Source of the DNA: Octopus vulgaris
Taxonomy: Eukaryota
Direction: 5' to 3'
Length of the DNA: 64,000 nt
Assembly (NCBI GenBank): GCA_951406725.2
Contig: OX597827.1
Coordinates: 60,574,001 to 60,638,000 of the forward strand
Of the stretch, positions 52,160-64,000 are shown piece after piece. The position numbers were made by a program, and so were the translations under genes. Numbering within the stretch: the first letter of the stretch is position 1; every line of letters begins with the position of its first letter. The notes beneath the pieces were generated by a model that ran no database searches, was not told where the DNA came from, and saw only the letters and a program-made list of their open reading frames with translations.

Positions 52160-53031
52160 TTAGTTGAGTTAGAAGTTAAAATAACCCCAAATATTATTGA
52201 ATGTTCACAACATTCAATAATATAAAAAATGTGAATCTTCTCTAAATGCACAAAATTCAATAGTGTTAGAAGTGATCGATAAGAGGAGAAAAACAAGGGA
52301 GAAATGAAGATAGATTCTTTTTCTGTAATGTGCAGGGATTTTCGCTTGTAACGGCATTTTTTGGAATCCAGTGCATTTATAATTTTTTTCCATGAATGGA
52401 TCTGATTTTTGACTCGTTACAGTACTGATGACGTCTTATGTTTCTGGTGGTCAAGTTTGTCGTTCTGCCTGGTTGACTTCCCTGTGGGGGAATGGTCATC
52501 AGCCGTTCCAGTTGGTTAATTCTCTAAATGGGTCATTTTGTTGTATTTACTGAAGTTTGGTTTTGAGTGGAGGTAAAATTTCATTGGTCTAGAGTTACAT
52601 GACGTCAGCAATTGGTGTTTGTAAAATTTCATTGGTCTAGAGTTAGGTGACGTCAGCAACTGGTGTTTGTATGGTGTTATTGTACGGTGATCTAGAGTTG
52701 CTGCAACTCCAGATCACCATTGATAAACAAAAAAATATTGTTGAAACTAGTTTGTAAGTATGTAAATAAATTTATTTAAAAACAATTACAAGCTTTTGAA
52801 ATTCAGATGTATTTTCAACACAAATTTTCCTATATTTTTTCCTGAGTGGAAAAAATATTGTTATATATATATATCACATTTTTTTTCTCTCCTTGTTTTT
52901 TCTGTGTCCCTTTCTGTAGAAGAGCGTAGGCTTGAAACGTAAAAGACTTTTTCTATTCCTGAGCATTATATTAATACATCTGTTTGTTTTGTACACCACT
53001 TGTCTTCGTCTTTTGTTTTTTTCGTGAACTC

Positions 53032-53037
<6 letters not shown>
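51554..53037. mobile_element. Cluster of AT-rich Penelope-like remnants separated by (TA)n/(TTA)n
   Basis: Long palindromes, a weak PLE-like peptide remnant on the minus strand (..ALIQHYLTPLGLND..), degenerate hammerhead-like strings near 52720-52760 and 52915-52947, and microsatellite flanks. Confidence 0.4.
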
Positions 53038-53080
<43 letters not shown>

Positions 53081-53105
<25 letters not shown>

Positions 53106-53575
53106 GTTTAACGTCCGCTTTCCATGCTAGCATGGGTTAGACGGTTCAACTGGGGTCTGGGGAGCCCGAAGGCTGCACCAGGCCAGTCAAATCTGGCAGA
53201 GTTTCTACAGCTGGATGCCCTTCCTAACGCCAGCCACTCCGTGAGTGTAGTGGGTGCTTTTTATGTGTCACCGACACAGGTGCCAGACGAGGCTGGCGAA
53301 CGGCCACGCCCGGATGGTGTTTTTTTGTGCTACCGACACAGGTGCCAGACGAGGCTGGCAAATGGCCACGCTCGGATGGTGTTTTTTACGTGCCACCAGC
53401 ACAGAGGCCAGGCGAGGCTGGCACGGCCACGATCGGATGGTGTTTGTTACGTGCCCACAGCACGGAGGCCAGTTGATGCGGTACTGGCTACGGCCACGTT
53501 CAGATGGTTTTCTTATGTGCCACCGGCACTGGTACACAAAAATACAAATTCCATTGATGTTCATCGATTTTGATT
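53081..53575 (-). mobile_element. RTE 3' UTR fragment (family D) with expanded internal approx. 60-bp tandem repeats
   Basis: Long (CAT)n tail and several GGCCACG..CGGATGGTGTTTTT units at 53260-53530. Confidence 0.85.
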
Positions 53576-53977
53576 TATATATATATAAAGACAGACAGAC
53601 AGACAGACAGATAGAGAGAGAGACAGGTAGACAGAGTCACCTAAGGCCTGGTAATAATGATTAACCTATGATTCACTTTGCTAGTAGCAAAGCATACTCT
53701 TCCCTGCATTGTATATTTGAGTATTGAAATTAATAATTAATTAAAACATCAAGGTGATCCCCCTTACCCTTTTTAACCAGAATTGTTCATTAAGATACTC
53801 ACTCATTCTTTTAGCTAAATTTGGAATTTTAATTAATTAAGTTTTTTTGGTTCATTGCATGAAATATGTTAGCATGCACTTTACTAATCGTTGATTGAAA
53901 TGTAAGTGATAAAAATTATATGAGAGAAAGAAAAAGAGATAAAGAGATAGTAGTGATAACAATAGAAAGAGAGAGAG

Positions 53978-54875
53978 ATGTGTATATGTGTTGTGTGTGT
54001 TTATGTGTATGTGTGCATGTATGCTTGTATGTGTGTGTATGTGTGTGTGCATGTGTGTGTGTGTGCATGTGTGTGTGCATGTACATGTGTGTGCATGTGT
54101 GTATGTGTGTATGTGTGTATGTATGTAAGTACGTGTATGTGTGTCTGTATGTGTGTATGTTTGCATGTGTGTGTGTATGCATGTGTGCATGTGCATGAGT
54201 GTGTGTGCATGTGTGAATGTGTGTGTGTATTTGTGTGTGTATGCGTGTATAGGTGTGTCTGTGTGTGTACGCATGTGTGCATGTGTGTGTGTGTGTGTGT
54301 GTGTGCACATGCATGTGTGTACGTCTGTGTGTGTGTACATGTGTGTGTGTGCATATGTGTATGTGTGCATGTGTGTGTGTGTGCATGTGTGTGTGCGTGT
54401 GTGTGTGTATGTGTGTTCTGACCAGCAGGGTGCAGTTAAAAAAAAATCAAAGAAAGAAGAAAGGCAAGGAAGACTGCTTCAGACATGTTTCGAATGGCAC
54501 ATCACCAGTTATCGTATCCAGACAATAATTTCAGATGACTGAATTGTGAGAGAAGAGGTGGAGGGGTGGGAGAATTTGGCTCATTCATTTTTCGCTTTGT
54601 TATTTCTTTTGTTGTTGTTGTTGTCATCATCATCGTCATTACCATCCTCCTGTTACTCCTCATTCTCTTCCTCCTCTTTCTCATCATCATCATCATTATC
54701 ATTACCACCCCTTCCTTCTACACATCCCCATCTTCTTCTTTTACTTCTTCTTCTTCTTCTTCCTCCTCCTCCTGGTTCTCCCTCACATCCCTTTTCCCCT
54801 TCCTCTCCTCTGACTCCTCCTTGTCCTTCTCCCTGTCTTTTATACAGTGTTTCAAAATATGCATATTCTTTCTCA

Positions 54876-54969
<94 letters not shown>

Positions 54970-54970
54970 C

Positions 54971-55019
<49 letters not shown>

Positions 55020-55108
55020 TATGTACCTATATATATATACACATACATATATGTATATATATATACATATATATGTATGTATATATATGTATATATGTAT
55101 ATACATAT

Positions 55109-55147
<39 letters not shown>

Positions 55148-55197
55148 CATACATATATATATGTATGTATATATATATATGTGTGTATACATATGTG

Positions 55198-55251
<54 letters not shown>

Positions 55252-55260
55252 TATATATAT
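53978..55260. repeat. Compound microsatellites: (TG/CATG)n 53978-54415, (CAT/CTT/CCT)n 54610-54835 and (TA)n 54885-55260
   Basis: Direct reading. These tracts are the source of the long low-complexity ORFs. Confidence 0.95.
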
Positions 55261-55725
55261 TTTTTTTCTGTATATGTACATGTACATCTTTCTATGTATA
55301 CGTGAATATTCTACTTTTATCAGAGAATCACATGAGTTTTGTCGTACGATTATTGATTATCTCAATCTCCCCCCCCCCCAAAAAAAAAGCAAACAAAAAA
55401 AGAACCAAAATCACATGTAATTATCAGAAATGCATTGATATTAACTTTTGGACACTGAAACGGCAACAAGGTCACACGTATTCTTTCAATTATGTTATTT
55501 TGCATCTTAAAAATACTGAAGGTAAAATTAACCTTCCCATAACTATCAGCACTGGATTAACCATTATTTGAAAAAAGCACATGCTTAGGCCATCAAGAAA
55601 AGGGGACACCACAGAAATGGTATATGGTTTATGGCACAAAAGAACCACTTTAAACTTGTTAAAATAATATTTGAAGTAGTTTATATGATTGGAAATGTAA
55701 TTTTGAAGTGTTCATGGTGTCATAG

Positions 55726-56039
55726 GTGGAGGCACATGGCTTAGTGGTTAGAGCAGCGGATTCACGGTCGAGGGATTGCGGGTTCAAATCTCAGATTGGG
55801 TGATGTGTGTGTTTATGAGTGAAACATTTAAGCTCTATGCGGGTCTGGCAGAAGGTAATGGCGAACTTCTGCTGACTCTTTCGCCATAACTTTCTCTCAC
55901 TCTTTCCTCCTGCATCTTGCAGCTCACCCACGATGGACTAGCGTCTCGTCCAGGTGGGGAACCTATATGCCAAGGAATCCAGGAAACCAGCCCTATGAGC
56001 CAAGCATGGCTTGAGAAGGAACAAACAACAACAAGCAAA
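55726..56039 (+). mobile_element. SINE family B
   Basis: 10-bp TSD GGTGTCATAG at 55716-55725 and 56040-56049. Confidence 0.88.
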
Positions 56040-56162
56040 GGTGTCATAGTGAAGATCTGATCAAAGACTTTGCAATTAAAAAAAAAAGAGAAAAATTTTC
56101 AAATATAAACAAAGTAGAAGTATACAAAAATAAATAATTATTTTATGGTTTATGTTTTTAAT

Positions 56163-56207
<45 letters not shown>

Positions 56208-56981
56208 GGACACCAAAATCTTAATGTTTAGGGTCTCTATGGGACTAAATCCAGCCCTGATTTTTATTAGGTTTTGCAGGGCAAATACAAATAAAACCTT
56301 GGTGCCTGACATAAATAAGACCACCAAAAATTGTAATATAAAACAGGTTTGAAAGAACAACTATATGACATTGTCTGTTGTGTGAGTTATCAAGGGATGC
56401 ATTTGAATGTTTGGTCAAGAAGAAATGCCATTGAGTGCTTTGTCCAGCACAGCTCAAAAATATTCTTTTCTACTCTTGGGACAAGGCTCGAAATTTTTGG
56501 GGAGTGGGAGCCAGTCAATTAGATTGACCCCAGTATGCAACTGATACTTAATTTATTGTCCTCGAAAGGATGTTGACCTTGACGGAATTTGAACTCAGAA
56601 CGTAAGGCAGACAAAATACCGCTAAGCATTTCACCCAGCATGCTAACGTTTCTGCCAGCTTTATAGCTCAAAAATATTAAAAATATTAAAAGTCACAAAA
56701 AAACTATAATAAAAACATTTTTTTGGATTAATTCACATAATTGCAAGCATCACCGGTTCTTCCTCCCAACTTTTTGGATTCTAGACATCGAGACAAAGAA
56801 AATGATATAGCAACCTCGAAAATGACTGGGGTGACACTTACAACACTCTGTTACTAAACGCCTCATTTGATATGTATGTGTACATCTATGTATGTGCATG
56901 TTTTTGACGTTTGTCCCCTGCCATTGTGTGACAACTGGTTTCAGTTTGTTTATGTCCAGTAACTTAGTAGTTCAACTTTAA

Positions 56982-57303
56982 CCCATAAAGTGCTGGGATT
57001 TGCACTTACATAGCATGTACTGCTGAGCACATTTTAGGAAAATGAAACTACCATGCACATATGAAAAACAAAAAATAATTAAAATATCTTCTTAGTATAT
57101 AATGGTGGCAAGTTTTACATCATCTGAAAAGTCATTAGTTGAACTATCCCATGACAGACATTTCAACAAACACCCATAAATTAAATGCATTTATCTGAGA
57201 TTAAATGCATTTATCTCAGATAAAATGCATTTATATGAGCCATGATCATAGCCTGGCGACCTGTGCCTGATGGCCAAGATCATGGCCCATTGCACACTAT
57301 GTG
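56982..57303. mobile_element. piggyBac-like MITE inserted in a family A SINE tail
   Basis: TTAA|CCCATA ... TATGTG|TTAA, with SINE sequence continuing on both sides and three internal ATTAAATGCATTTATCT-like units. Confidence 0.7.
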
Positions 57304-58093
57304 TTAAAAGATCGATGGAATAGGTACCAGACTTTAAAAAATATAAGTGCTGCAGTTGATTCGGACAGCTAAAACTCCTGACAGCAGTGCTCCAGCATGG
57401 CCTTTCATGCAGAGGGAGAAGCCTTTTGTTACCAACAATGGTAATAGCTCTCTGGACTTTACCCAGCCAGTTCTTATTCTGGTAACTACACTTTTAGAGC
57501 TATCTCCACTTTTGGTAATTTGGTCACCTCAGTAATGAAAACTATCTACTACTGTCAAGAATCCCTCTGGACATTTGACGAAATCTATTTCCTGTACAAG
57601 TGAAAGGGAAAACTGTTTCAATGGTACAAAGTATTACTTGCTCTGTGCATAAAACAACAGGTTACTCAATAGTATTTGTATAATAGGCGAGGCTGCAATT
57701 ATACACAAAATACAAGAGAATAATGTCCCACAGTGTGAGAAAATTAAAAACATTGATAAAATAATACTTGTATTAATTTTTTGTTACTTGAAATTGTGAA
57801 CATCAAGACATTCCAAGAATTTTAGTTTTAAAGCAAAGAAATTTAAAATCGTATTATGGCTTAAGTTCAAAATTATATATATATATATATATATAGATAG
57901 ATAGATAGATAGATAGATATCACAAATCTCATTTGTTTGCATATTTTTATTGAATAACAATAAAAATATACACCCAGTCTTACTGACATGAGAATTCACT
58001 CACTCACACACACACACACATTCACAGTCATGTGTGCTTGCATGTGTTTGATTTTAAAAATACACACCCAATTATACAAACAAACTCACACTA

Positions 58094-58132
<39 letters not shown>

Positions 58133-58283
58133 CCAAGTCTTGTGTTGGAGCCACTTCTCTTTCTTTCTTCTCTTCTGTTTTTCTGAAGGAAACTAGCTAT
58201 GGTCAGAACATGTAATAGATGGATTTTGCCAGGCTTAAAATTACCCAAGATACAGTACTCTAGAATTTCCTCACAAGTTGAGA

Positions 58284-58372
<89 letters not shown>

Positions 58373-58473
58373 TGTCCAACCAATGCTGGAAAACGGACAT
58401 TAAATGATGATGATGATGATGATATATATATATATACATATATATATATCCATATACATGTATGTATGTATAC

Positions 58474-58523
<50 letters not shown>

Positions 58524-58550
58524 GGATATATATATCTATGTATATGTATG

Positions 58551-58605
<55 letters not shown>

Positions 58606-58627
58606 ATGTATATGTATGTGTGTGTGT

Positions 58628-58930
58628 GTGAAGGTGCATGGCTTAGTGGTTAAGTTGTTGCACTCACGATTGCAAGATTGTGGGTTCAATTCCCAGATTG
58701 AGTGTTGTGTTGTGTTGTGTTCTTGAGCAAAGCACTTCATTTCGCAATGCTGTGATCATTTCAACATGTGACATGTGGCACCCGTTGCACCTGTACAGGT
58801 AATGTTAATCTGATGGAGGGAGTGAGCTTATGTCTAAACAAACATTTGATCCCTATAAACAAATCATCTGTGTGGTTGCTCAATAAGAAATTGTCAAACC
58901 CTCATATGTTGTCTAATGACGGGAGAGTCC
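58628..58930 (+). mobile_element. SINE with family E-type head
   Basis: GTGAAGGTGCATGGCTTAGTGG head, GGGTTCAATTCCC B-box and TGTTCTTGAGCAAAGCACTT CORE-like block. Confidence 0.75.
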
Positions 58931-58999
58931 GTCTTCAAGGTCGTGTCCCTGCATGGCTGCAGTCAAATGACTGAAACAAGTAAAAGATAAAGATATATA

Positions 59000-60340
59000 C
59001 CGTGAAATGGGGTTACTTTGAATAATTTTAGACTTCTTATTGCAATAATTTCATAACCCTTTTTCCAATCTTAACTAAATTTGACTATGTTAGGGAAACT
59101 AAATAGGTAAACTAATATATGAAATAAAAATAAGTTGCAGTCAATATTTGATTACTTTTTTTACATAATTGTCATGGTTCAAAGTAACGCCTGATTTGGG
59201 GTTACTTTGAACAGTAATATTTTTTATTAACAAATACAAAAAAAGTCAATGAACAGCTTTAAGTGTTTTGGCACAAAAGAAAATGTCATACAGCATTCAG
59301 TAAGTCACATTTTACATTCCCCATTTTGTCAGGGAATCGATAGAAACCCCTATTGTTCAGTGGAATCTCTTTTGTTTTCATTTCTGCCACATCTTCCCAG
59401 TCGTAGACGAGTTTATCCTCCTTCAGTGGTCACTTCCACCTTATTGTTTTATATTTTGTCAATGATGACACAAGTGCTCCATCACTTCCAGCTGAGATCA
59501 CTTGACCGAGAAATGTTTGCCCTTCATACCTCACAATGACAAAGTTTTCAACAAAATTAATTTGTCTTTCTGTGTTTTCTGCTCTTGCCATGTCTGAAGC
59601 ACCAGAGTGCCTGTCACATTCATTCATAGAAACATCACTATCCACAGAGTTTAGCTCTTCATCATTCAAATTATAATAATAATAATAATAATGAAATTAT
59701 TATATAGTGCTCAGGTGCACCACAACTTGTCAAAAGTGCATATAAAGCATATGCAGTAATGTACAAATGTCTGGGAAGTGAACAGTGTACGAGTCAGATA
59801 CATGCTTGCATGTGTATGGAGGGGAGAAAATCAGGTGTAGTGTTGGCAAATCTCAGGAAGCATGGAAGTTTTGAAGGATGCAGTGCTCCGACAACTAACA
59901 ACTGATGCCGGCAGTTTGTTCCATGCTTCAGCAACTCTTAGAGTGAAAAAATGTTTCCGAAAGTCATGGGAGCTGTGCTGTTTTCCGATTTTGTAAACAT
60001 GTCCACAGGTGTTAGACAGGTGGAGTTTGAAAAAGAGCTTTGAGTTATTGTTAGTAAGATGGTTAATAATTTTATGGGTATCTGCCAAGTCAGCTGCCAG
60101 ACATCGGAGTTTCAATGTATCCATGCCCAGGGAAGTAAGGTATTCAGAACATGGCAAATGCCTGATGGAGGGTATTCTCTTGTAAAAAATATGGAACGCT
60201 TCACGAATTTGCGTGTCATCCTTGGTGCTCTCTTTCTCCATGCTTCTCTGTAACTGTTGATGGGAAACAACTTCTAGGCTAGATTCCAAACGTGGCAGGA
60301 ACGCTGGAACCAGTATATTGCTGTACAAGGTGACTATTTC
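59000..60340 (-). mobile_element. pogo-like DNA transposon remnant interrupted by a CR1 LINE
   Basis: TA|CCGTGAAATGGGGTTACTTTG terminus with subterminal GGGGTTACTTTGAA repeats. Coding remnants (VIVRYEGQTFLGQV...RWK) lie on both sides of the LINE. Confidence 0.55.
59672..60182 (-). mobile_element. 5'-truncated CR1-clade LINE
   Basis: KRIPSIRHL...LKLRCLAADL...TCGHVYKI...RKHFFTLRVAEAWNKLPASVV...SFK, a short 3' UTR and an (ATT)n tail. Confidence 0.9.
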
Positions 60341-60969
60341 AAAGAAGATGATGTTAAAACTTAGATAAATATGATATTTTTTTTATTAAACAAAACTGGT
60401 TCAGGAACTCTTTGATGCCACCTCGTACATACAACTCACTTTTTGATACCACCTTGTATATATGAAAAGACAATCCCAAGCAACAGGCTCATAAAGCCAG
60501 TTTCATGAATTCTGTGATGTATATATTCTCCCCTGGATTACTCATTTTTGCCAGCTGAGTGGACTGGAGCAACATGAAATGAAGTGTTTTGCTCAAGAAC
60601 ACAATGCATTGCTCAGTCCGGGAATTGAAACCACAATCTTACAATCATGAGTACAACACCCTAACCACTAAGTCATACATGTCTATCTGTGTGTGTGTAT
60701 GTGTGTGTGTGTGTGTGTGCGTGTGCATGTGTGTGCATGTGTGTGAATTTGTGTGCATGTGTGTTTTTGTGAATACTTTTACCCCACACCACCACCAGTG
60801 GGCAACCAGTCCCTGTTTGTTTATGTCTCCATAACATAGCAGTTCAGCAGAAAAAAAACAAACACTGATAGAATAAGCCCCAGGTTTAAGAAGAAAAATA
60901 ACTGGGGCTGATTTGTGCAACTAAACTCTTCAAGGCAATGCACTAGAATGACTACACTCCAATGTCTGA

Positions 60970-60999
<30 letters not shown>

Positions 61000-61008
<9 letters not shown>

Positions 61009-61228
61009 AATACAATATCCCTACACATCTCACATCTATTTTCTCTCCTCCACCTCACTCTCTATTTTGTATCTTATCTAAATTAACTATTACTTAACCA
61101 TCCTCTCACACCGTCTCCAATGAAGGGATATAATAAATATCCTGGAAACAGCTGTAAGACCCTCTATCTATAAATTGTTCTAAAATCTACACAGCCTTGG
61201 ATTTTCTTCTCATTCTGAAAAAAAAATT
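61000..61228 (+). mobile_element. Penelope-like terminal-repeat remnant with decayed hammerhead at 61113-61160
   Basis: GUCU-CCAAUGA-AGGGAUAU-AAUAA-AUAUCCUG-GAAAC-AGCU-GUA-AGAC. Stems I, II and III are present, the CUGANGA core has two mismatches, and it is flanked by (TA)n. Confidence 0.6.
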
Positions 61229-61355
61229 ATATATATATACACACACATACATACATACATATATATATATGGAAAGTGGACGTTAAACGATGATGATGAT
61301 GATGATGATGACATATACATATTCATATATATATATATATATATACATACATATG

Positions 61356-61401
<46 letters not shown>

Positions 61402-61411
61402 CATATGTATG

Positions 61412-61442
<31 letters not shown>

Positions 61443-61720
61443 TTAATAAGGGTGAGAGAATTAGATACTAATTTAATAGTATATTTATTCCACACCAAGT
61501 GGCCTAGTGCTACGAGAAACCTGGATTATTATAATATTTTATAACATATTATAATATTTTCACAAAATAAATATAAGAGAGTGTTCACTATATAGATCAC
61601 TCTAGCACCAGTTAATCCAAGAGGTTTCAACCACGAAAAATACATGTTTCCCATGAAAGCCGGTACGACTGTTAGCTCACACGGACAGGGCAAATAAAAA
61701 ATAACAAAAATACAGATTAT

Positions 61721-61798
61721 CTTGGGACAATTGTTTCGCTATTAATGAATTAAATGTAATATTACTTACAGTAATCCATTTGTAGCTCTTCAGCCAAG
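61721..61798 (-). ncRNA. Type I hammerhead ribozyme (inverted copy of 62396-62473)
   Basis: Reverse complement of the plus-strand motif, located in the other arm of the inverted repeat. Confidence 0.85.
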
Positions 61799-62395
61799 GC
61801 TATCTTGATGAAATCCACTCAATCACACGCCAGATTTTACCATAACGATAATTACGCGTGCGGTTCAATTGATTACATCGGACGTTATAATTCAAATGCC
61901 CCAACCAACAGCGCGCCAAACTCTCACGGAAAACAAATACAGCATTTAGAAATAAATGCAGCATAATTATAATTAATTAATAAGGGTGAGAGAATTAGAT
62001 ACTAATTTAATAGTATATTTATTCCACACCAAGTGGCCTAGTGCTACGAGAAACCTGGATTATTATAATATTTTATAACATATTATAATATTTTCACAAA
62101 ATAAATATAAGAGAGTGTTCACTATATAGATCACTCTAGCACCAGTTAATCCAAGAGGTTTCAACCACGGAATAAATATACTATTAAATTAGTATCTAAT
62201 TCTCTCACCCTTATTAATTAATTATAATTATGCTGCATTTATTTCTAAATGCTGTATTTGTTTTCCGTGAGAGTTTGGCGCGCTGTTGGTTGGGGCATTT
62301 GAATTATAACGTCCGATGTAATCAATTGAACCGCACGCGTAATTATCGTTATGGTAAAATCTGGCGTGTGATTGAGTGGATTTCATCAAGATAGC

Positions 62396-62473
62396 CTTGG
62401 CTGAAGAGCTACAAATGGATTACTGTAAGTAATATTACATTTAATTCATTAATAGCGAAACAATTGTCCCAAG
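62396..62473 (+). ncRNA. Type I hammerhead ribozyme (Penelope-type, long stem II)
   Basis: CUUGG-CUGAAGA-GCUA...UAGC-GAAA-C-AAUU-GUC-CCAAG. Stem I is CUUGG/CCAAG, the core CUGANGA and GAAA are intact, stem III is minimal with palindromic loop AAUU, and GUC cleavage is predicted after 62468. Confidence 0.85.
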
Positions 62474-63680
62474 ATAATCTGTATTTTTGTTATTTTTTAT
62501 TTGCCCTGTCCGTGTGAGCTAACAGTCGTACCGGCTTTCATGGAAACATGTATTTTTCGTGGTTGAAACCTCTTGGATTAACTGGTGCTAGAGTGATCTA
62601 TATAGTGAACACTCTCTTATATTTATTATATATATATATATATATATATACATACATATGTATACACACAGTTCACTCTGTAAAGTGGTTGGTGTTTGAA
62701 AGGGCATCCAGCTGTAGAAATCATGCCAAAACAGAGAGTAGAGCTCAGTGCAGTCCTCTGGTTTTCCAGCTCTTGTCAAATCTACAATTCAGTTTTACTA
62801 GATGGAAAGTCAAGTTCCTGTCAAACCATCCAACCCATGCCAGCATGGAAGACAGACATTAAATGATGATGATGATGATATATACATACATATATATGAA
62901 GTGAACAGAGAGGGATAATATGTCCAGTCAGGTACTGTTCAAGCACTCTTGCATAGTCCAAGTTCTGGTTAACCACATCGAATGAGACAGAATAATCTGA
63001 GACTATTTAAGGTAAACAATCGCGATGTATTTCACCCGATGGGTAAATGCTGAGTTTACTTTGTTGGGTTATAAACAGTTTACTGAGTGTATATTCAAGA
63101 CAATTCAAATAAATAAAGACAATTATACATCTTCACAGCTTTTATTATTACAGTCATTTATACAGTATATTTGATTTAAACAGGTAGAATATGTGGCCTG
63201 TTTGAATGATAAAGGGTTATTTGATGGTATATAAGATATGCTGTTTTTTTCCCCAAAAAAATGTCTCAAAAATTCACCCTAGGTTCTTTATATCCAAAGT
63301 TGTACCTACATTATATGCTTAAGTACACTAAAAACTTTTTTTCTGGAATATGAGACACTGAAACTGTGGTGCTTTTAATATAACCATGCACCTTGTATGC
63401 GATCACATATGATATGTTTTTGGCATATGTATAATTGTTATTTATTAGTGAGTTACTCCAGCTACATTTTCATATGGTTTGATGATAATTTCTTTGATGT
63501 TGCTAGCTATAACAATTCAGTTTTAGTAGATGTAAAGTCAAGGTTACGAGTGTTTGAATCAACCATTTCCCAAGGTCTTTGAAATTGTAGATGACGCAGA
63601 ATTGTCTGGGAAATGAAACCATGTTATAGATTGTAGATTATAAACATCTTCAACAGCATCACAGGTAATTGGTAGTTTAA

Positions 63681-63866
<186 letters not shown>

Positions 63867-64000
63867 TTATCTCACTTTGTGAGCAAGATAATAGAATGTA
63901 ATCCATGCACACACACACACAAATCGTATTCAGAGAATCAAACTGAACTCATGGTAAGCAGTTCCAGCTGGAGATCTGGCTATCATGTAACACGGCTATC

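Larger units (their letters stand above)
61434..62627. mobile_element. Non-autonomous Penelope-like (Naiad-type) element: 534-bp unit, partial tandem copy and inverted copy, inserted in (TA)n
   Basis: 61434-61635 is repeated at 61968-62169 (period 534). 62169-62627 is a near-perfect reverse complement of 61566-62025. It carries hammerhead motifs, has (TA)n on both flanks and no credible ORF. Confidence 0.8.

Noticed and set aside
52915-52947. Hammerhead-like UAGAAGA-GC-GUAG-GC-UU-GAAACGUA
   Set aside because: The core deviates from CUGANGA and the stems are too short to call from one copy.
53260-53530. Regularly spaced ~60-bp repeats resembling a CRISPR array
   Set aside because: Whole units are similar with no unique spacers. 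They are part of an RTE 3' UTR in a eukaryotic context.
54546-55571. Longest ORF (341 aa) and overlapping ORFs at 53852-55420
   Set aside because: These are translations of (TG)n, (CAT)n, (CTT)n and (TA)n microsatellites, with no protein-like content.

Overview
AT-rich, repeat-saturated animal genomic DNA. The SINE, microsatellite and LINE repertoire suggests a cephalopod, most likely Octopus (inference). Almost all ORFs in the supplied track are artefacts of SINEs and (TA)n/(TG)n tracts. Two host-gene exons were read by hand, both on the minus strand and absent from the ORF track: the last coding exon of a GLOD5-like gene (63681-63809) and the first coding exon of an ABHD2-like gene (33929-34086). 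I found no ABHD2 exon 2, so its first intron probably runs past the left window edge. That intron contains a CpG-retaining domain with a candidate alternative first exon (12080-12123). The rest is at least four tRNA-derived SINE families, RTE, CR1 and RLE-type LINE remnants, mariner, Tc1, MULE and pogo-like remnants, hAT, piggyBac and MULE/Merlin-like MITEs, and non-autonomous Helitrons. The most interesting signals are RNA structures. First, a very young 534-bp non-coding Penelope-like unit in tandem-plus-inverted arrangement carries intact hammerhead ribozyme motifs (61434-62627), with decayed relatives elsewhere. Second, the 3' UTR of an RLE-type LINE remnant holds all hammerhead core nucleotides in a non-canonical, pseudoknotted order (28853-28908). 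Everything was read by eye; no searches or folding programs were run, and repeat boundaries are approximate unless a TSD or TIR is quoted.
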